Shown here piece after piece: positions 16,718 through 26,541 of a stretch of 64,000 nucleotides of DNA; position 1 is the first letter of the stretch, and the number at the start of each line of letters is the position of its first letter. Source of the stretch: an uncultured Burkholderiales bacterium (GTDB lineage Bacteria; Actinomycetota; Acidimicrobiia; IMCC26256; JAGPDB01). The stretch is from the NCBI GenBank assembly GCA_964561855.1, contig CAZLQP010000003.1, forward strand, positions 80,949 to 144,948, given 5' to 3'. The notes under the pieces were generated by a model. That model saw only the letters and a program-made list of their open reading frames with translations, was not told where the DNA came from and searched no databases. The position numbers were made by a program, and so were the translations under genes.

Positions 16718-17323
16718 ATGGCATCTTCAACACAAGACACGAAATCACTCATTATCGATGTTGCACTTAAACAATTCGCAAATAACGGATTTTCAGGTAC
16801 GAGCTTAAACGACATTGCAGAAGAAGTCGGGATAAAGAAGCCCTCGATTCTCCACCATTTCTCATCTAAAGAAGCTCTTTATCGAGCGGTACTACTCGAA
16901 GAGTTTTCTGATTGGATTGCCCTAATGAGTGATGCAATCGCTAAAAATGTAAATGGCTGGGACCAAGTAGAACAACTATTACGCGCAGCATTTACTTTCT
17001 TTGAACAACATCCCTACTTCGTTCGAATTGCACGTCGAGAAGCATTAGATCCTGATTCTCTATTTTCAACAGAACTAGGAGCTGCATTAAAACCACTTGT
17101 TGATCAAGGTGCTGCCTACCTTCAATCCGAGATGGATGCTGGACGCTTAAAGGTTTACGATCCTCGACAATTACTCATTACCGGCTATGGTGCTTCACTT
17201 TCATATTTGTCAGACGCCTCATTGGTTAATTCGGTAATTGATGGCGATCCACTCAGCAAAGATGCCCTTGAAAAAAGACGTGAACATGTAATTGCTTTAT
17301 TCAAAGAAGCAGTCGCCACTTAG
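16718..17323 (+). CDS. TetR-family transcriptional regulator
   Basis: HTH region FSGTSLNDIAEEVGIKKPSILHHFSSKEALY. The start was moved to ATG 16718 because the track ORF (16616) runs through the 3' end of the tmRNA. Confidence 0.85.
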   Translation: MASSTQDTKSLIIDVALKQFANNGFSGTSLNDIAEEVGIKKPSILHHFSSKEALYRAVLLEEFSDWIALMSDAIAKNVNGWDQVEQLLRAAFTFFEQHPYFVRIARREALDPDSLFSTELGAALKPLVDQGAAYLQSEMDAGRLKVYDPRQLLITGYGASLSYLSDASLVNSVIDGDPLSKDALEKRREHVIALFKEAVAT

Positions 17324-17324
17324 A

Positions 17325-17786
17325 TTAGCGTGCGCTAACGCTTAATTGACGTTCGGCTTTTCGAGGTTCTGATATCTGGTCTAAGGAGTTTAAATTTCTC
17401 TGTGCAAAGCGCAAAGCAGACCAGATCTCAGATATTGAACATATCTTGGTATCTACCAAATCTTGATCTAGTCCAGTTTGCTGGACTACATCGAAGTTTA
17501 AGTCGGTTACAATTCCTGAAGTTTTTTTCGGCCACGCAATCCATAATGCGCCCTTATCTCTTAGAGATCTAGTTAAGATTGATATTTTTCTAGAAAGATC
17601 AGAATTTCTAGTTGCGAAATAGATGACAAGATCAAACTTTCCTCTTAAGTTCGTTGAAAATTCCAAATCAGGAAAACAAGTTTGAAAATGTTTCAAGACA
17701 TTATCAGTAGCACCTACTAGTGCTACGCGTTGATTGGAACGAAAACCTAATTTACGTTCCAACGATTCAGCAAATTTCTCCCCCAC
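17325..17786 (-). CDS. DUF3052-like conserved actinobacterial protein
   Basis: 153 aa. The pattern LERKLGF...VALVGA...ALWIAWPKKTSG resembles DUF3052, from memory. Confidence 0.5.
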   Translation of the reverse strand: MGEKFAESLERKLGFRSNQRVALVGATDNVLKHFQTCFPDLEFSTNLRGKFDLVIYFATRNSDLSRKISILTRSLRDKGALWIAWPKKTSGIVTDLNFDVVQQTGLDQDLVDTKICSISEIWSALRFAQRNLNSLDQISEPRKAERQLSVSAR

Positions 17787-17904
17787 GGCTGACTAATCTG
17801 CTCGAAAATGGTAGTAAAAGTCAAATGCACCGAATCTCTCAACCACGATGAGTGGAGCCATTTTCTCTAAATTGCTCTAGTATCGCTTGTTAGGATATAC
17901 GCAC

Positions 17905-19197
17905 CTACAGATAAGAAACAGGATTAACAGGAGTACCATTTACTCGTACTTCCCAGTGTAAGTGAGGGCCTGTAACATTTCCTGAAGATCCGACATAGCC
18001 AATTAGCTGACCTTGCGAGACATTTGCTCCGTTACCTACAGCGAACGAACTTTGGTGAGCGTAAAGCGTAGAAATTCCACCACCATGGTCGATAATGATC
18101 GTATTTCCGTATCCTCTCAAGAATCCTGCCACGATAACTCTTCCACCTCTAGCTGCTTTTATAGCCGTCCCAGTTCCGGATCCAAAATCCACCCCGGCAT
18201 GAAGTCGAGGATCTCCATAGATTGGATGAGTTCTATATCCAAAAGCAGAAGTGATTGGTCCGGGCACAGGTCTGGTCATCGCACCAGTATTGTTGTTACT
18301 ACTTCCGCCTGAAGAACCGCCAGATGAACCTCCATTATTACCTGAATTATTCTGCTGCTGTTGCTGTTGTTGTTGGCGTTGTTGTTCTCTTCTTATTTGT
18401 TCAGCGATTCTATTAGATTCGGCCTGCAGTTGGTCGATCTCTCTGTTGTAGTTAGCCTTTTTTGCTTTTAATGAATCAACGATTGCTTGTTCAGCAGCTT
18501 CTTTTTCTTTAGCTTCTTTCTGTTTTTTCGCTAATTCTTCCTGTAAAGGTTTCAGTAAATCGGCTTCTTTTTGAGCTTCCTTCTCTGCATCCTCTGCTCG
18601 CTTGCGTGCATCTTCATGCTCTAATCTTTCTAAAATGGCCTCACCGGCTTTTTCACTTGCAGACTTGATTGTATCTACTTGAGACTCATTGTATTTCTTT
18701 AAAAATATCTGTTTGCGAACAACATCCTGGCGTTCTTCTGGTTCAGCACTTAAGATCGATGGAACAATTTCAGTATCAGAACTTCCCTGATATAGATTTA
18801 CAATTGCTTTCTTTCTTAGCTTTTCAGCTTCTTCTCTTTCAGCATTTGCCGCATCAAGTTTTGCTTGAGCCTCTGCAAATTCTTCTCTTGCTTTCGCAGC
18901 AGTTTCTTGTGCTCGAAGCTGGCGTTGCTGCGCAGATCTGATTTTGTTGTTTAAAGAAATTACTTCATTATCTACTTGTATACGCTCTGCTCTAGCTCGG
19001 AGGAATTGTTCGGTCTCCTCTTTTTCTTGAGAAGAAACATATTCAAGTTCGCCACGCAATTTAGCAATTTCAGCATCAATATTATTCTTGTTCCCAGAAC
19101 GAGGAGAAGCACTTGCAATCGTCTGCGTCAGTAATCCACAAACTAAAACCACGATACCTATTTTGATCGCAAACGACGATAGATTTTTAAACCCCAT
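17905..19197 (-). CDS. Secreted coiled-coil M23 (LytM) peptidoglycan endopeptidase, FtsEX-associated by position
   Basis: The C-terminal M23 domain keeps its metal ligands (HAGVDF = HxxxD; HLHWEV = HxH). It has an N-terminal signal/anchor and a long Glu/Lys/Ala/Gln-rich predicted coiled coil. ATG 19197 with SD GGAGAAAGG is preferred over the track TTG at 19230. Confidence 0.85.
   Translation of the reverse strand: MGFKNLSSFAIKIGIVVLVCGLLTQTIASASPRSGNKNNIDAEIAKLRGELEYVSSQEKEETEQFLRARAERIQVDNEVISLNNKIRSAQQRQLRAQETAAKAREEFAEAQAKLDAANAEREEAEKLRKKAIVNLYQGSSDTEIVPSILSAEPEERQDVVRKQIFLKKYNESQVDTIKSASEKAGEAILERLEHEDARKRAEDAEKEAQKEADLLKPLQEELAKKQKEAKEKEAAEQAIVDSLKAKKANYNREIDQLQAESNRIAEQIRREQQRQQQQQQQQNNSGNNGGSSGGSSGGSSNNNTGAMTRPVPGPITSAFGYRTHPIYGDPRLHAGVDFGSGTGTAIKAARGGRVIVAGFLRGYGNTIIIDHGGGISTLYAHQSSFAVGNGANVSQGQLIGYVGSSGNVTGPHLHWEVRVNGTPVNPVSYL
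18288..18386 (-). repeat. Coding low-complexity tract (CAG/CAA run plus GGN/AGY repeats) encoding QQRQQQQQQQQNNSGNNGGSSGGSSGGSSNNN
   Basis: Direct reading of the DNA and of the M23 protein linker between the coiled coil and the catalytic domain. Confidence 0.8.
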
Positions 19198-19315
19198 GTT
19201 GACCTTTCTCCGTGCATTAGTATTCGTCAATTACTCAACAAAAGTAAAGAGCCGGAAGAAAGGTTTATTTGGACTTAATGCGAATTATGCGAAATTTATA
19301 GGGTTCGTATGAATC

Positions 19316-20203
19316 CTAAACGTCTAGGTATCGTTTTAGTCCCACAAATGAAGAGACCAGGCCAACCAAGATCCCTAAAAATATAACTGCAAAAACAGTA
19401 AGTATCAATCTTGATTCATCGACAAAGAATCCTTTGAAACCTTCAGAGAATTGTGTATCGAGTATTAGGTTTTTAAACAATACCGCGCTCACGGATGCTC
19501 CCAATCCACCTAAGAATCCTTGAAATGCACCCTCTGCCATGAAAGGAACTTGAACGAACCAGTTGCTCGCTCCAACGAGTTTCATAATCTCAATCTCTCG
19601 TCGTCTCGCATAGACCGCAAGCCTGACGGTATTAAATACCAACACACAACTAGCAACAAGCAACACAGAGGCAAATAGAGCTAATGTTGTATTGATAGTT
19701 CTCGCCCTTAAAATCTCTTCTTCGAAATCAGCTTTTGCAATATTTTCAACACCTGGCAAGACTTGGTAGCGCTCTATTAAATCGTCCAGAAAGTCTTTAT
19801 CGGGATTCGTTGGAGCTGCTAAAAAGCTAACCGGCAAATCTTCCTTGGTTGCAGATTCAACTAAGTCGGGTTGATTTTGAAATTCGCGCCTAAAGAAATT
19901 ATATGCATCGTCTTTCGAATAGAAAACTATGTTGTCAATATTTCCATTTTCGATGTCTTCTTCTAACGCTTCACGCACAGAATCAATTTGTGCCTGATCA
20001 GCATTCGGAATTAAAAACACTTCAAAGCGAACAGCACCTTCGATGTCTTTTACTCCTTGTGCGTTCCAGAAAAACACAAGCATTGAAACACCTACGAGGG
20101 AAAGTGTTACAAATATCGTCAAGATTGCCGCGATAGTCATCGAGATGTTTCTAAATAGCGAAACCCCAGTTTCACGAACAAAATACCAAACTCGAGACAA
20201 CAT
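19316..20203 (-). CDS. ftsX: Cell-division ABC transporter permease-like protein FtsX
   Basis: 295 aa with four TM segments and a large first extracellular loop. Its start overlaps the ftsE stop by 1 nt. Confidence 0.9.
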   Translation of the reverse strand: MLSRVWYFVRETGVSLFRNISMTIAAILTIFVTLSLVGVSMLVFFWNAQGVKDIEGAVRFEVFLIPNADQAQIDSVREALEEDIENGNIDNIVFYSKDDAYNFFRREFQNQPDLVESATKEDLPVSFLAAPTNPDKDFLDDLIERYQVLPGVENIAKADFEEEILRARTINTTLALFASVLLVASCVLVFNTVRLAVYARRREIEIMKLVGASNWFVQVPFMAEGAFQGFLGGLGASVSAVLFKNLILDTQFSEGFKGFFVDESRLILTVFAVIFLGILVGLVSSFVGLKRYLDV

Positions 20204-20922
20204 TATTTCACACTCCCAGTTTCGTCGGCTTCAACTTGGCTAGCCGCTCCGTATACTCCACGTTGTTGATCTCTGACTAAGTTTCCATGGTCCAACTCGA
20301 TAACACGTCTACGCATCTCATTTACAATTCTCACATCATGAGTAGCCATGACAACTGTTGTTCCCGTCTTATTGATACGATCCAATAATCGCATAATTCC
20401 AACTGTCGTATCAGGGTCGAGGTTACCTGTAGGTTCATCGGCTAACAAAATTAGTGGTCTATTCACGAATGCTCTTGCGATAGAAACTCTTTGTTGTTCT
20501 CCACCAGATAATTCATTCGGAAAGCGATTAAGTTTTTCTGCTAATCCAACAAGTTCCAGTATTTGAGGGACCTGAGCACGAATCACATCTCTCGGCCTAC
20601 CTATAACTTCTTGAGCGAATGCGACATTTTCATAAACAGTTCGGTTGGGCAACAACTTGAAGTCCTGGAAAATGCAGCCGATATTTCTTCGCAATTGAGG
20701 AACTTTCCATTGAGAAAGTCGACCAATATCTCTACCTGCGACCAAAATTCGTCCTTCGCTGGCAACTTCTTCTCTTAGAAGCAATCTAAGGAAAGATGAT
20801 TTACCAGAACCAGAAGGTCCAACTAAAAACACGAACTCGCCCTTTTGTATCTCAAGATTGATACTTCTAAGTGCTACAACGTTTGAGCCATAGTGTTTGG
20901 TGACATTTTCAAAACGAATCAT
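20203..20922 (-). CDS. ftsE: Cell-division ATP-binding protein FtsE
   Basis: Walker [13 protein letters not shown] signature LSGGEQQR, and Walker [12 protein letters not shown]. Confidence 0.95.
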   Translation of the reverse strand: MIRFENVTKHYGSNVVALRSINLEIQKGEFVFLVGPSGSGKSSFLRLLLREEVASEGRILVAGRDIGRLSQWKVPQLRRNIGCIFQDFKLLPNRTVYENVAFAQEVIGRPRDVIRAQVPQILELVGLAEKLNRFPNELSGGEQQRVSIARAFVNRPLILLADEPTGNLDPDTTVGIMRLLDRINKTGTTVVMATHDVRIVNEMRRRVIELDHGNLVRDQQRGVYGAASQVEADETGSVK

Positions 20923-21028
20923 GGATAATCTAGACTACCAAAGAGTAAGTGAAATGTCGGTGTTCATGGCGTGGATTTTTAACAAAACCACACAAAAAAC
21001 AACTATCGATTAAACAGATAATTTATAT

Positions 21029-22156
21029 TCAAGCTTTTGACCTGCGCCATTGCAGGAACGCTGCCATGAACTCGTTAATTTCACCATCTAAGACAGCATT
21101 GACATTTCCTGTCTCAAAAATTGGAGTTTCTTTACCCTCAACCATCTTGGTTCTTTCATCGCGAATTAATTGATACGGAGCCAAAACATAGCTCCTTACT
21201 TGAGAACCCCAGCCTACCTCCATTTTTTCACCCGATATTTGAGATAACTCTTCTTGTCTTTGTTGACGCTCAAGTTCAGCGAGTTTAGATTGCAACATTT
21301 GCATTGCTCTGGATTTGTTCTGTATTTGAGAACGTTGATTTTGACACTGAACAACAATTCCAGTTGGGAGGTGTGTGATTCTTACTGCAGAATCAGTTTT
21401 ATTAACGTGTTGTCCACCAGCTCCCGATGCTCGATAAGTATCAATTCTTATGTCTGTATCATCTATCTCAACACTTTCTGATTCTTCTAACGCGGGTACA
21501 ACATCGAATGACGCAAAGGAAGTATGTCTTCTATTTTGAGAATCAAACGGAGAGATTCTGACCAATCGATGAACACCGCGTTCGCCTAATAACATTCCGT
21601 AAGCGTGTTTACCTTTTACACTAAAGGTAACTGACGAGATCCCTACTTCTTCGCCAGGTGTAAATTCTTCAACCTCAAGTTTGTAATCATTTTTCTCAGC
21701 CCATCTCATGTACATCCGGAATAGCATATCTGCCCAATCACAAGCTTCTGTTCCTCCTGCACCTGAATTAATTGAACAAATAGCATCACGTTCATCATAT
21801 TCACCAATGAATAGTGACCTTAGCTCTAGCTGATCCAAAAATTTTTCCAGAGATTTGATTAATTGTTCGACTTCAGTTTCTGCATTATTGTCTTGAGCTT
21901 CCCTGGCCAACTCGTGAAGAGTTTCAATGTCGCTAACTTGATTTGATAAATCTTCAATTAAATCAATATCGCTCTTAAGAGATGAGAGTTCGGTAGTCAC
22001 TTCTCTTGCTTTATCTTGATCATTCCAAAGATCTGGATCTTGAGCGAGTACGTCAAGGTCTTTGATTTTTTCATGAGCTTGTTCAATCTTTAAATAAACA
22101 CGTGCTTGATCTACTCTTTCGCTTAATTGTGTTATAGCTTCTGAAAAATCACGCAT
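21029..22156 (-). CDS. prfB: Peptide chain release factor 2 (single uninterrupted ORF)
   Basis: 375 aa with the SPF motif (RISPFDS) and the GGQ motif (SGAGGQHVNKTDSAVR). Confidence 0.95.
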   Translation of the reverse strand: MRDFSEAITQLSERVDQARVYLKIEQAHEKIKDLDVLAQDPDLWNDQDKAREVTTELSSLKSDIDLIEDLSNQVSDIETLHELAREAQDNNAETEVEQLIKSLEKFLDQLELRSLFIGEYDERDAICSINSGAGGTEACDWADMLFRMYMRWAEKNDYKLEVEEFTPGEEVGISSVTFSVKGKHAYGMLLGERGVHRLVRISPFDSQNRRHTSFASFDVVPALEESESVEIDDTDIRIDTYRASGAGGQHVNKTDSAVRITHLPTGIVVQCQNQRSQIQNKSRAMQMLQSKLAELERQQRQEELSQISGEKMEVGWGSQVRSYVLAPYQLIRDERTKMVEGKETPIFETGNVNAVLDGEINEFMAAFLQWRRSKA

Positions 22157-22249
22157 TCAAAAAATCCTCTTCTTTCCACTTTCCCATCTGCGTTGGACGG
22201 AAAAACCTTCATATGGTGTAGAAAATCTATTCAACACCGAAGTTTGTGG

Positions 22250-24937
22250 TCATTGACCATGACAATGTTTGAACTTTTTACCGCTTCCACAATGACATGG
22301 ATCATTTCTTCCAGGAGTAGAGTCAACTCTTACAGGCTGCATTGCTTGAGGAGCCTGCTGTGAAGGAGTACCTCCAAGACCTTGAGCACCGAGCGGATTA
22401 TAAGCTGCTGATCCTTGCACAGGGTTGTCTGGAGCGACATAGGTTAATTTTTGGGGTTGCCTTGATTGAGGTTGATCTTTGACAACATCAAGCCTCATTA
22501 CGAAGCGAACGAAATTATCCTCAATTGATTCGACCATTGCTTGGAACATAGTGAAACCTTCGCGTTGCCATTCTGACACAGGATCTCTTTGACCCATAGC
22601 TCGGAGGTTGATACCTTCTCGAAGATAATCCATCTCATAAAGGTGTTCTCTCCATTGTTGGTCAATAATATTGAGCATCACATGACGCTCAATCTCTCGC
22701 AATTTATCTGAGCCGAGTTCAATCTCTTTCTTCGCATATAGATCTAATGCATTTTCGACGAGCTTCTCTTTAAGTTCATCAATTGAGTTATATTTAGAAA
22801 TTTGCTCTTCAGATAGATTGATTGGGAAATAGTTTGAAAGGTCTTTCAGCAAGGTTTGAATATCCCATGTTTCAGGGTATTCACCCTCACAATAGATATC
22901 AGCTATTCGCGAAATAACTTGTTCGATAATTCGATTTGCCTCTTCGCTTAAATCTTCACCATCGAGAATTTGTTGACGTCGTTTATAGATGATCTTTCGT
23001 TGCTCATTCATCACTTGGTCATATTTAAGAACATCTTTTCGAATTTCGAAGTTTCTGCTTTCTACAGTTTGCTGAGCCCTCTCGATGGATCTTGAAACGG
23101 TTTTTGACTCAAGAGGTACATCTTCGGGAAAAGCTCGATCCATCACCCAACTCATAGCGTTATTTGAAAACATTCTCATCAAGTCGTCTTCAAGCGATAG
23201 ATAAAATCGTGTTTCACCAGGGTCGCCCTGTCGCCCAGATCGCCCTCTTAGCTGGTTATCAATTCGTCGAGACTCGTGACGCTCTGTTCCAAGAACATAG
23301 AGTCCGCCAAGATCACGCACTTTGTCGCCATCAAGTTTGCATTGTTTTTCTAAGTTAGATACCAGTGCCTCAAATTCAGCTTCGTTTCCTTCAATCGGTT
23401 TTCCCTGAGAAGCGAATTCCTGTGCTGCTAAACCTTCAGGGTTTCCGCCAAGCAAAATATCCACACCTCGACCGGCCATGTTCGTAGCAACAGTTACAGA
23501 ACCAACACGCCCTGCCTGTGCGATGATTGTACCTTCAGAGGTGTGTTCTTTAGCGTTGAGTACTTTGTGTTTAACGCCAGCTTTGGTCAGCATTCTAGAT
23601 AAACGTTCAGACTTTTCAACAGAAACTGTTCCTACTAGTACAGGCTGTCCTTTTTGGTGTCGATCCATGAGATCACGCACAACAGCATTATATTTCCCAA
23701 CTTCTGTTTTATAGATGTAATCTGAATTATCGATTCTTTGAATTTCTCTATGAGTTGGAATAGAACAAACTTCGAGACCATAAGTATGCATGAACTCGCC
23801 AGCTTCAGTAATACCTGTTCCTGTCATTCCAGAGAGCTTCTCGTACATTTTGAAATAGTTTTGCAAAGTCACAGTCGCCAAAGTCTGGTTTTCTTCTTGG
23901 ATTGAAAGTCCTTCTTTAGCTTCAACCGCTTGATGTATACCATCGCTCCAACGTCGGCCTTCTAAAATGCGACCTGTAAACTCATCGACAATTTTTACTT
24001 CACCATCTTGGACAATATAGTGATCACCCTTTTTATAGAGCTCTTTTGCTTTGATCGCAGTATTTAGCTGGTGAACAAAATTTTGGTACGAGTCTTCGTA
24101 AAGATTGTCTATTCCTAAAGAATCTTCTACACGAGCAATTCCATCTTCAGTAGGTGAAATAGTGTGCTTTGCTTCATCAACCTCATAGTCGCGATCTTTT
24201 TGCAGATTCTTTACTATCTTGGCAAACTGAACATATAATTCTGCTGCTTGAGATGCAGGTCCAGAAATAATCAGAGGCGTTCGGGCCTCATCGATCAAGA
24301 TCGAGTCAACTTCATCGACTATGGCAAAAAATGGTTTTCGTTGAGCCTGATCTTGTTTACGAACAGCCATGTTATCGCGCAGATAATCAAAGCCGAATTC
24401 ATTATTGGTTCCATAGGTAATGTCACAAGCATATGCTTTTCGTTTTTCTTCAGCAGAATTAATTTCCGCTAAAACCATCCCGACGCTGAGCCCCAAGAAA
24501 GTATGAACTTGCCCCATCCACATGGCATCTCGTTTTGCCAAATAGTCGTTGACAGTTACTACATGAACGCCTTCTCCTGCCAAAGCATTTAGATAAGCAG
24601 CTAAAGTTGAGACAAGAGTCTTTCCTTCACCGGTCTTCATTTCAGCAACCCAACCGTAATGAAGTGCAGCTCCACCCATGATCTGAACGTCATAGTGGCG
24701 TTGCCCCAATACCCGAGATGCAGCTTCACGCACTGTTGCAAATGCTTCTGGCATCAAGTCGTCGAGATCTTCGCCATTCTTTAAACGCTCGCGAAATTTC
24801 TGAGTTTGATCCCGCAACTCCTGATCAGTTCGCGCTTTCATTGCATCTTCGAACGAAGCAACAAGCGGAACTACAGCTTGACACCTTTTTAGCTTCTTGC
24901 CTTCGCCGACACTTAGTACTTTTTTAAGAACACTCAC
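22250..24937 (-). CDS. secA: Preprotein translocase ATPase SecA
   Basis: 895 aa with DEAD-like motor motifs (MKTGEGKTL, DEVDSILIDEARTPLIISG) and a C-terminal zinc-binding tail CHCGSGKKFKHCHG. The start is GTG. Confidence 0.97.
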   Translation of the reverse strand: MSVLKKVLSVGEGKKLKRCQAVVPLVASFEDAMKARTDQELRDQTQKFRERLKNGEDLDDLMPEAFATVREAASRVLGQRHYDVQIMGGAALHYGWVAEMKTGEGKTLVSTLAAYLNALAGEGVHVVTVNDYLAKRDAMWMGQVHTFLGLSVGMVLAEINSAEEKRKAYACDITYGTNNEFGFDYLRDNMAVRKQDQAQRKPFFAIVDEVDSILIDEARTPLIISGPASQAAELYVQFAKIVKNLQKDRDYEVDEAKHTISPTEDGIARVEDSLGIDNLYEDSYQNFVHQLNTAIKAKELYKKGDHYIVQDGEVKIVDEFTGRILEGRRWSDGIHQAVEAKEGLSIQEENQTLATVTLQNYFKMYEKLSGMTGTGITEAGEFMHTYGLEVCSIPTHREIQRIDNSDYIYKTEVGKYNAVVRDLMDRHQKGQPVLVGTVSVEKSERLSRMLTKAGVKHKVLNAKEHTSEGTIIAQAGRVGSVTVATNMAGRGVDILLGGNPEGLAAQEFASQGKPIEGNEAEFEALVSNLEKQCKLDGDKVRDLGGLYVLGTERHESRRIDNQLRGRSGRQGDPGETRFYLSLEDDLMRMFSNNAMSWVMDRAFPEDVPLESKTVSRSIERAQQTVESRNFEIRKDVLKYDQVMNEQRKIIYKRRQQILDGEDLSEEANRIIEQVISRIADIYCEGEYPETWDIQTLLKDLSNYFPINLSEEQISKYNSIDELKEKLVENALDLYAKKEIELGSDKLREIERHVMLNIIDQQWREHLYEMDYLREGINLRAMGQRDPVSEWQREGFTMFQAMVESIEDNFVRFVMRLDVVKDQPQSRQPQKLTYVAPDNPVQGSAAYNPLGAQGLGGTPSQQAPQAMQPVRVDSTPGRNDPCHCGSGKKFKHCHGQ

Positions 24938-24990
24938 GTTTCTACGATACTATCTGCACACTCAATTATCAGGATTTGAGCGGCAATATT

Positions 24991-25566
24991 TTACCCTTTA
25001 GAGGGACTAATCATTCCTAAATGGCCGTCTTTTCGTTTATACACTACAGAGACCCTGTCATCTTGAGAATTTAGAAAAACGAAAAAGTCATGCCCTAAAA
25101 GATCCATTTGTAAAGTGGCTTCCTCTACTGGCATTGGCTTTAAGTCGATCTCTTTCATCTTTACTAGTTGAGCTTCCTCTTCTTCATTTTGTTCAAACAA
25201 AATTGAAGCAAGGTCTTCATCAGGAACTAAGGCATGAGTTTTAGGGTCACGCCTTCGAGGATGAAATCTACTGACTCTTTTCGACTTTAACTTGTGAGCT
25301 TGGTGTTCAATCTTGTCGATCACTTTATCTAGAGATGCTCCCGGTTCTACTCCTTCGCCATGTGCTTTGAGAAGATTACGCTTGCAATGAACTGTTACTT
25401 CACACGAAAATTTCTGTTCAGGATTTTTTACAGCTCTTTCAATAAAATCAATTTCTACTCTTGTAGCATCATGGACGAATCTTGAAATTTTTTCTAGCTT
25501 ATCGTGAGCTAGCTGTTTAATAAAGTCGTCTACCTTAGTATTTTTTTCATGGATAGTGATCTCCAC
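24991..25566 (-). CDS. hpf: Ribosome hibernation-promoting factor, long form
   Basis: It has an S30AE/YfiA N-terminal domain and a C-terminal dimerisation domain (LKPMPVEEATLQMDLLGHDFFVFLN). The start was reassigned to GTG 25566, which has AAGGAGG 5 nt upstream. The track start at 25617 would overlap the upstream ORF. Confidence 0.85.
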   Translation of the reverse strand: MEITIHEKNTKVDDFIKQLAHDKLEKISRFVHDATRVEIDFIERAVKNPEQKFSCEVTVHCKRNLLKAHGEGVEPGASLDKVIDKIEHQAHKLKSKRVSRFHPRRRDPKTHALVPDEDLASILFEQNEEEEAQLVKMKEIDLKPMPVEEATLQMDLLGHDFFVFLNSQDDRVSVVYKRKDGHLGMISPSKG

Positions 25567-25606
25567 ATGCCCTCCTTGAATGGCTAATTTTGTCCAGCTT
25601 ACTCCG

Positions 25607-25831
25607 TTAGAGTTCACCCCACCAAGCTAAGATACATTCCGCTACATCTTCGCAGGAACATGAATTGTATCCATTTAAAAGGGCTTGCCTGACTTGATTT
25701 ATTTTGTGATGGTACATCGAATCATTGTCTGCAACTGAAAACAATTCTGACGCAAATAGTTCTACTGCGGACATTAAAACATCACCGTCAGTCCATTCTT
25801 GTGGATTCGGTGCAGCAATTAAGTCACGCAT
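25607..25831 (-). CDS. Hypothetical small protein
   Basis: 74-aa ORF with a weak RBS and no recognisable family. Confidence 0.35.
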   Translation of the reverse strand: MRDLIAAPNPQEWTDGDVLMSAVELFASELFSVADNDSMYHHKINQVRQALLNGYNSCSCEDVAECILAWWGEL

Positions 25832-25953
25832 GAGTTCGAACTTTCTTCATCATATACTTCAAATCGGTCAAGTATGTCCTGCACTTTAGTTTCTTGTTTC
25901 AAACTTAACGCTATAAATTTCAAGGTTCGCCTCGTGCGCTATACACGACTAAA

Positions 25954-26505
25954 TCAATGTGCCAATGTAAGAGAAATAACATCTTTATAACCAGCATTTC
26001 TAAGAGCTAAGTATGCGCCAAATAAGGAACTTCTGGTCGTAGCTACATCGTCGACTAAGAGCCATCTATCCCCTTCGGGTCTTTGTGTAACGACATAATG
26101 AGGTTGGCTGAGTCTTTCTTGTTTCGAGCTTAGAGTCTGCTGAAATTCTTTGTTTTGGGCTAGTAGGTTTTTTGCTTTAAGCCCAAAAACCTTTGAGAAT
26201 TCATCAGCGATAAATCTACCTTGATCAAATCCTCGAGTATTGACTCGAATCTTTGAGCTTGGAATGTATGTAACGTTTTCAAATGGATAGATATCAAATC
26301 GAGCTTTAAATGCGATCGCAGACAATTTTGAGATGTGTTTTAGATGGATAAAATTATTGTGATACTTTGCTTGTAAAACAATCGGTTTCAGCTCTCGATA
26401 ACCATAAAACCAATAATGTTTAAGAATTAAATCGCCTTGTTTTATCTTTTGAAAGCGAAGTTCAAAATGATCTTCAAAAACGGATAAGCAACTACTGCAT
26501 GACAC
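25954..26505 (-). CDS. comF: ComF-family phosphoribosyltransferase-domain protein
   Basis: PRTase motif LLVDDVATTRSS. The N-terminal zinc-finger region is short: the first canonical start is GTG 26505, and in-frame Cys codons continue upstream to the ahcY stop. Confidence 0.75.
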   Translation of the reverse strand: MSCSSCLSVFEDHFELRFQKIKQGDLILKHYWFYGYRELKPIVLQAKYHNNFIHLKHISKLSAIAFKARFDIYPFENVTYIPSSKIRVNTRGFDQGRFIADEFSKVFGLKAKNLLAQNKEFQQTLSSKQERLSQPHYVVTQRPEGDRWLLVDDVATTRSSLFGAYLALRNAGYKDVISLTLAH

Positions 26506-26541
26506 ACAGATAAAGTACCAGCCACAAAGGACAAAAAAGAT

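Noticed and set aside
16301-17323. tmRNA 3' end as a prophage or island attachment site
   Set aside because: The downstream genes are a TetR regulator and a conserved actinobacterial protein. There is no integrase and no duplicated ssrA 3' segment in the window.
19198-19315. Cyclic-di-AMP (ydaO-type) riboswitch upstream of the cell-wall hydrolase gene
   Set aside because: The leader is at most ~118 nt, AT-rich, and lacks the conserved G-rich ydaO helices. No convincing structure was seen.
21029-22156. Programmed +1 frameshift site in prfB (RF2)
   Set aside because: The RF2 reading frame is a single uninterrupted 375-aa ORF running from a normal N-terminus through the SPF and GGQ motifs. There is no early in-frame UGA and no CUU-UGA shift site.
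25567-25617. Longer hpf start (ATG 25617) overlapping the upstream small ORF
   Set aside because: GTG 25566 is preceded by AAGGAGG at ideal spacing and gives the canonical HPF N-terminus (V/M-EITIH…). The 17 extra residues have no counterpart in HPF proteins.
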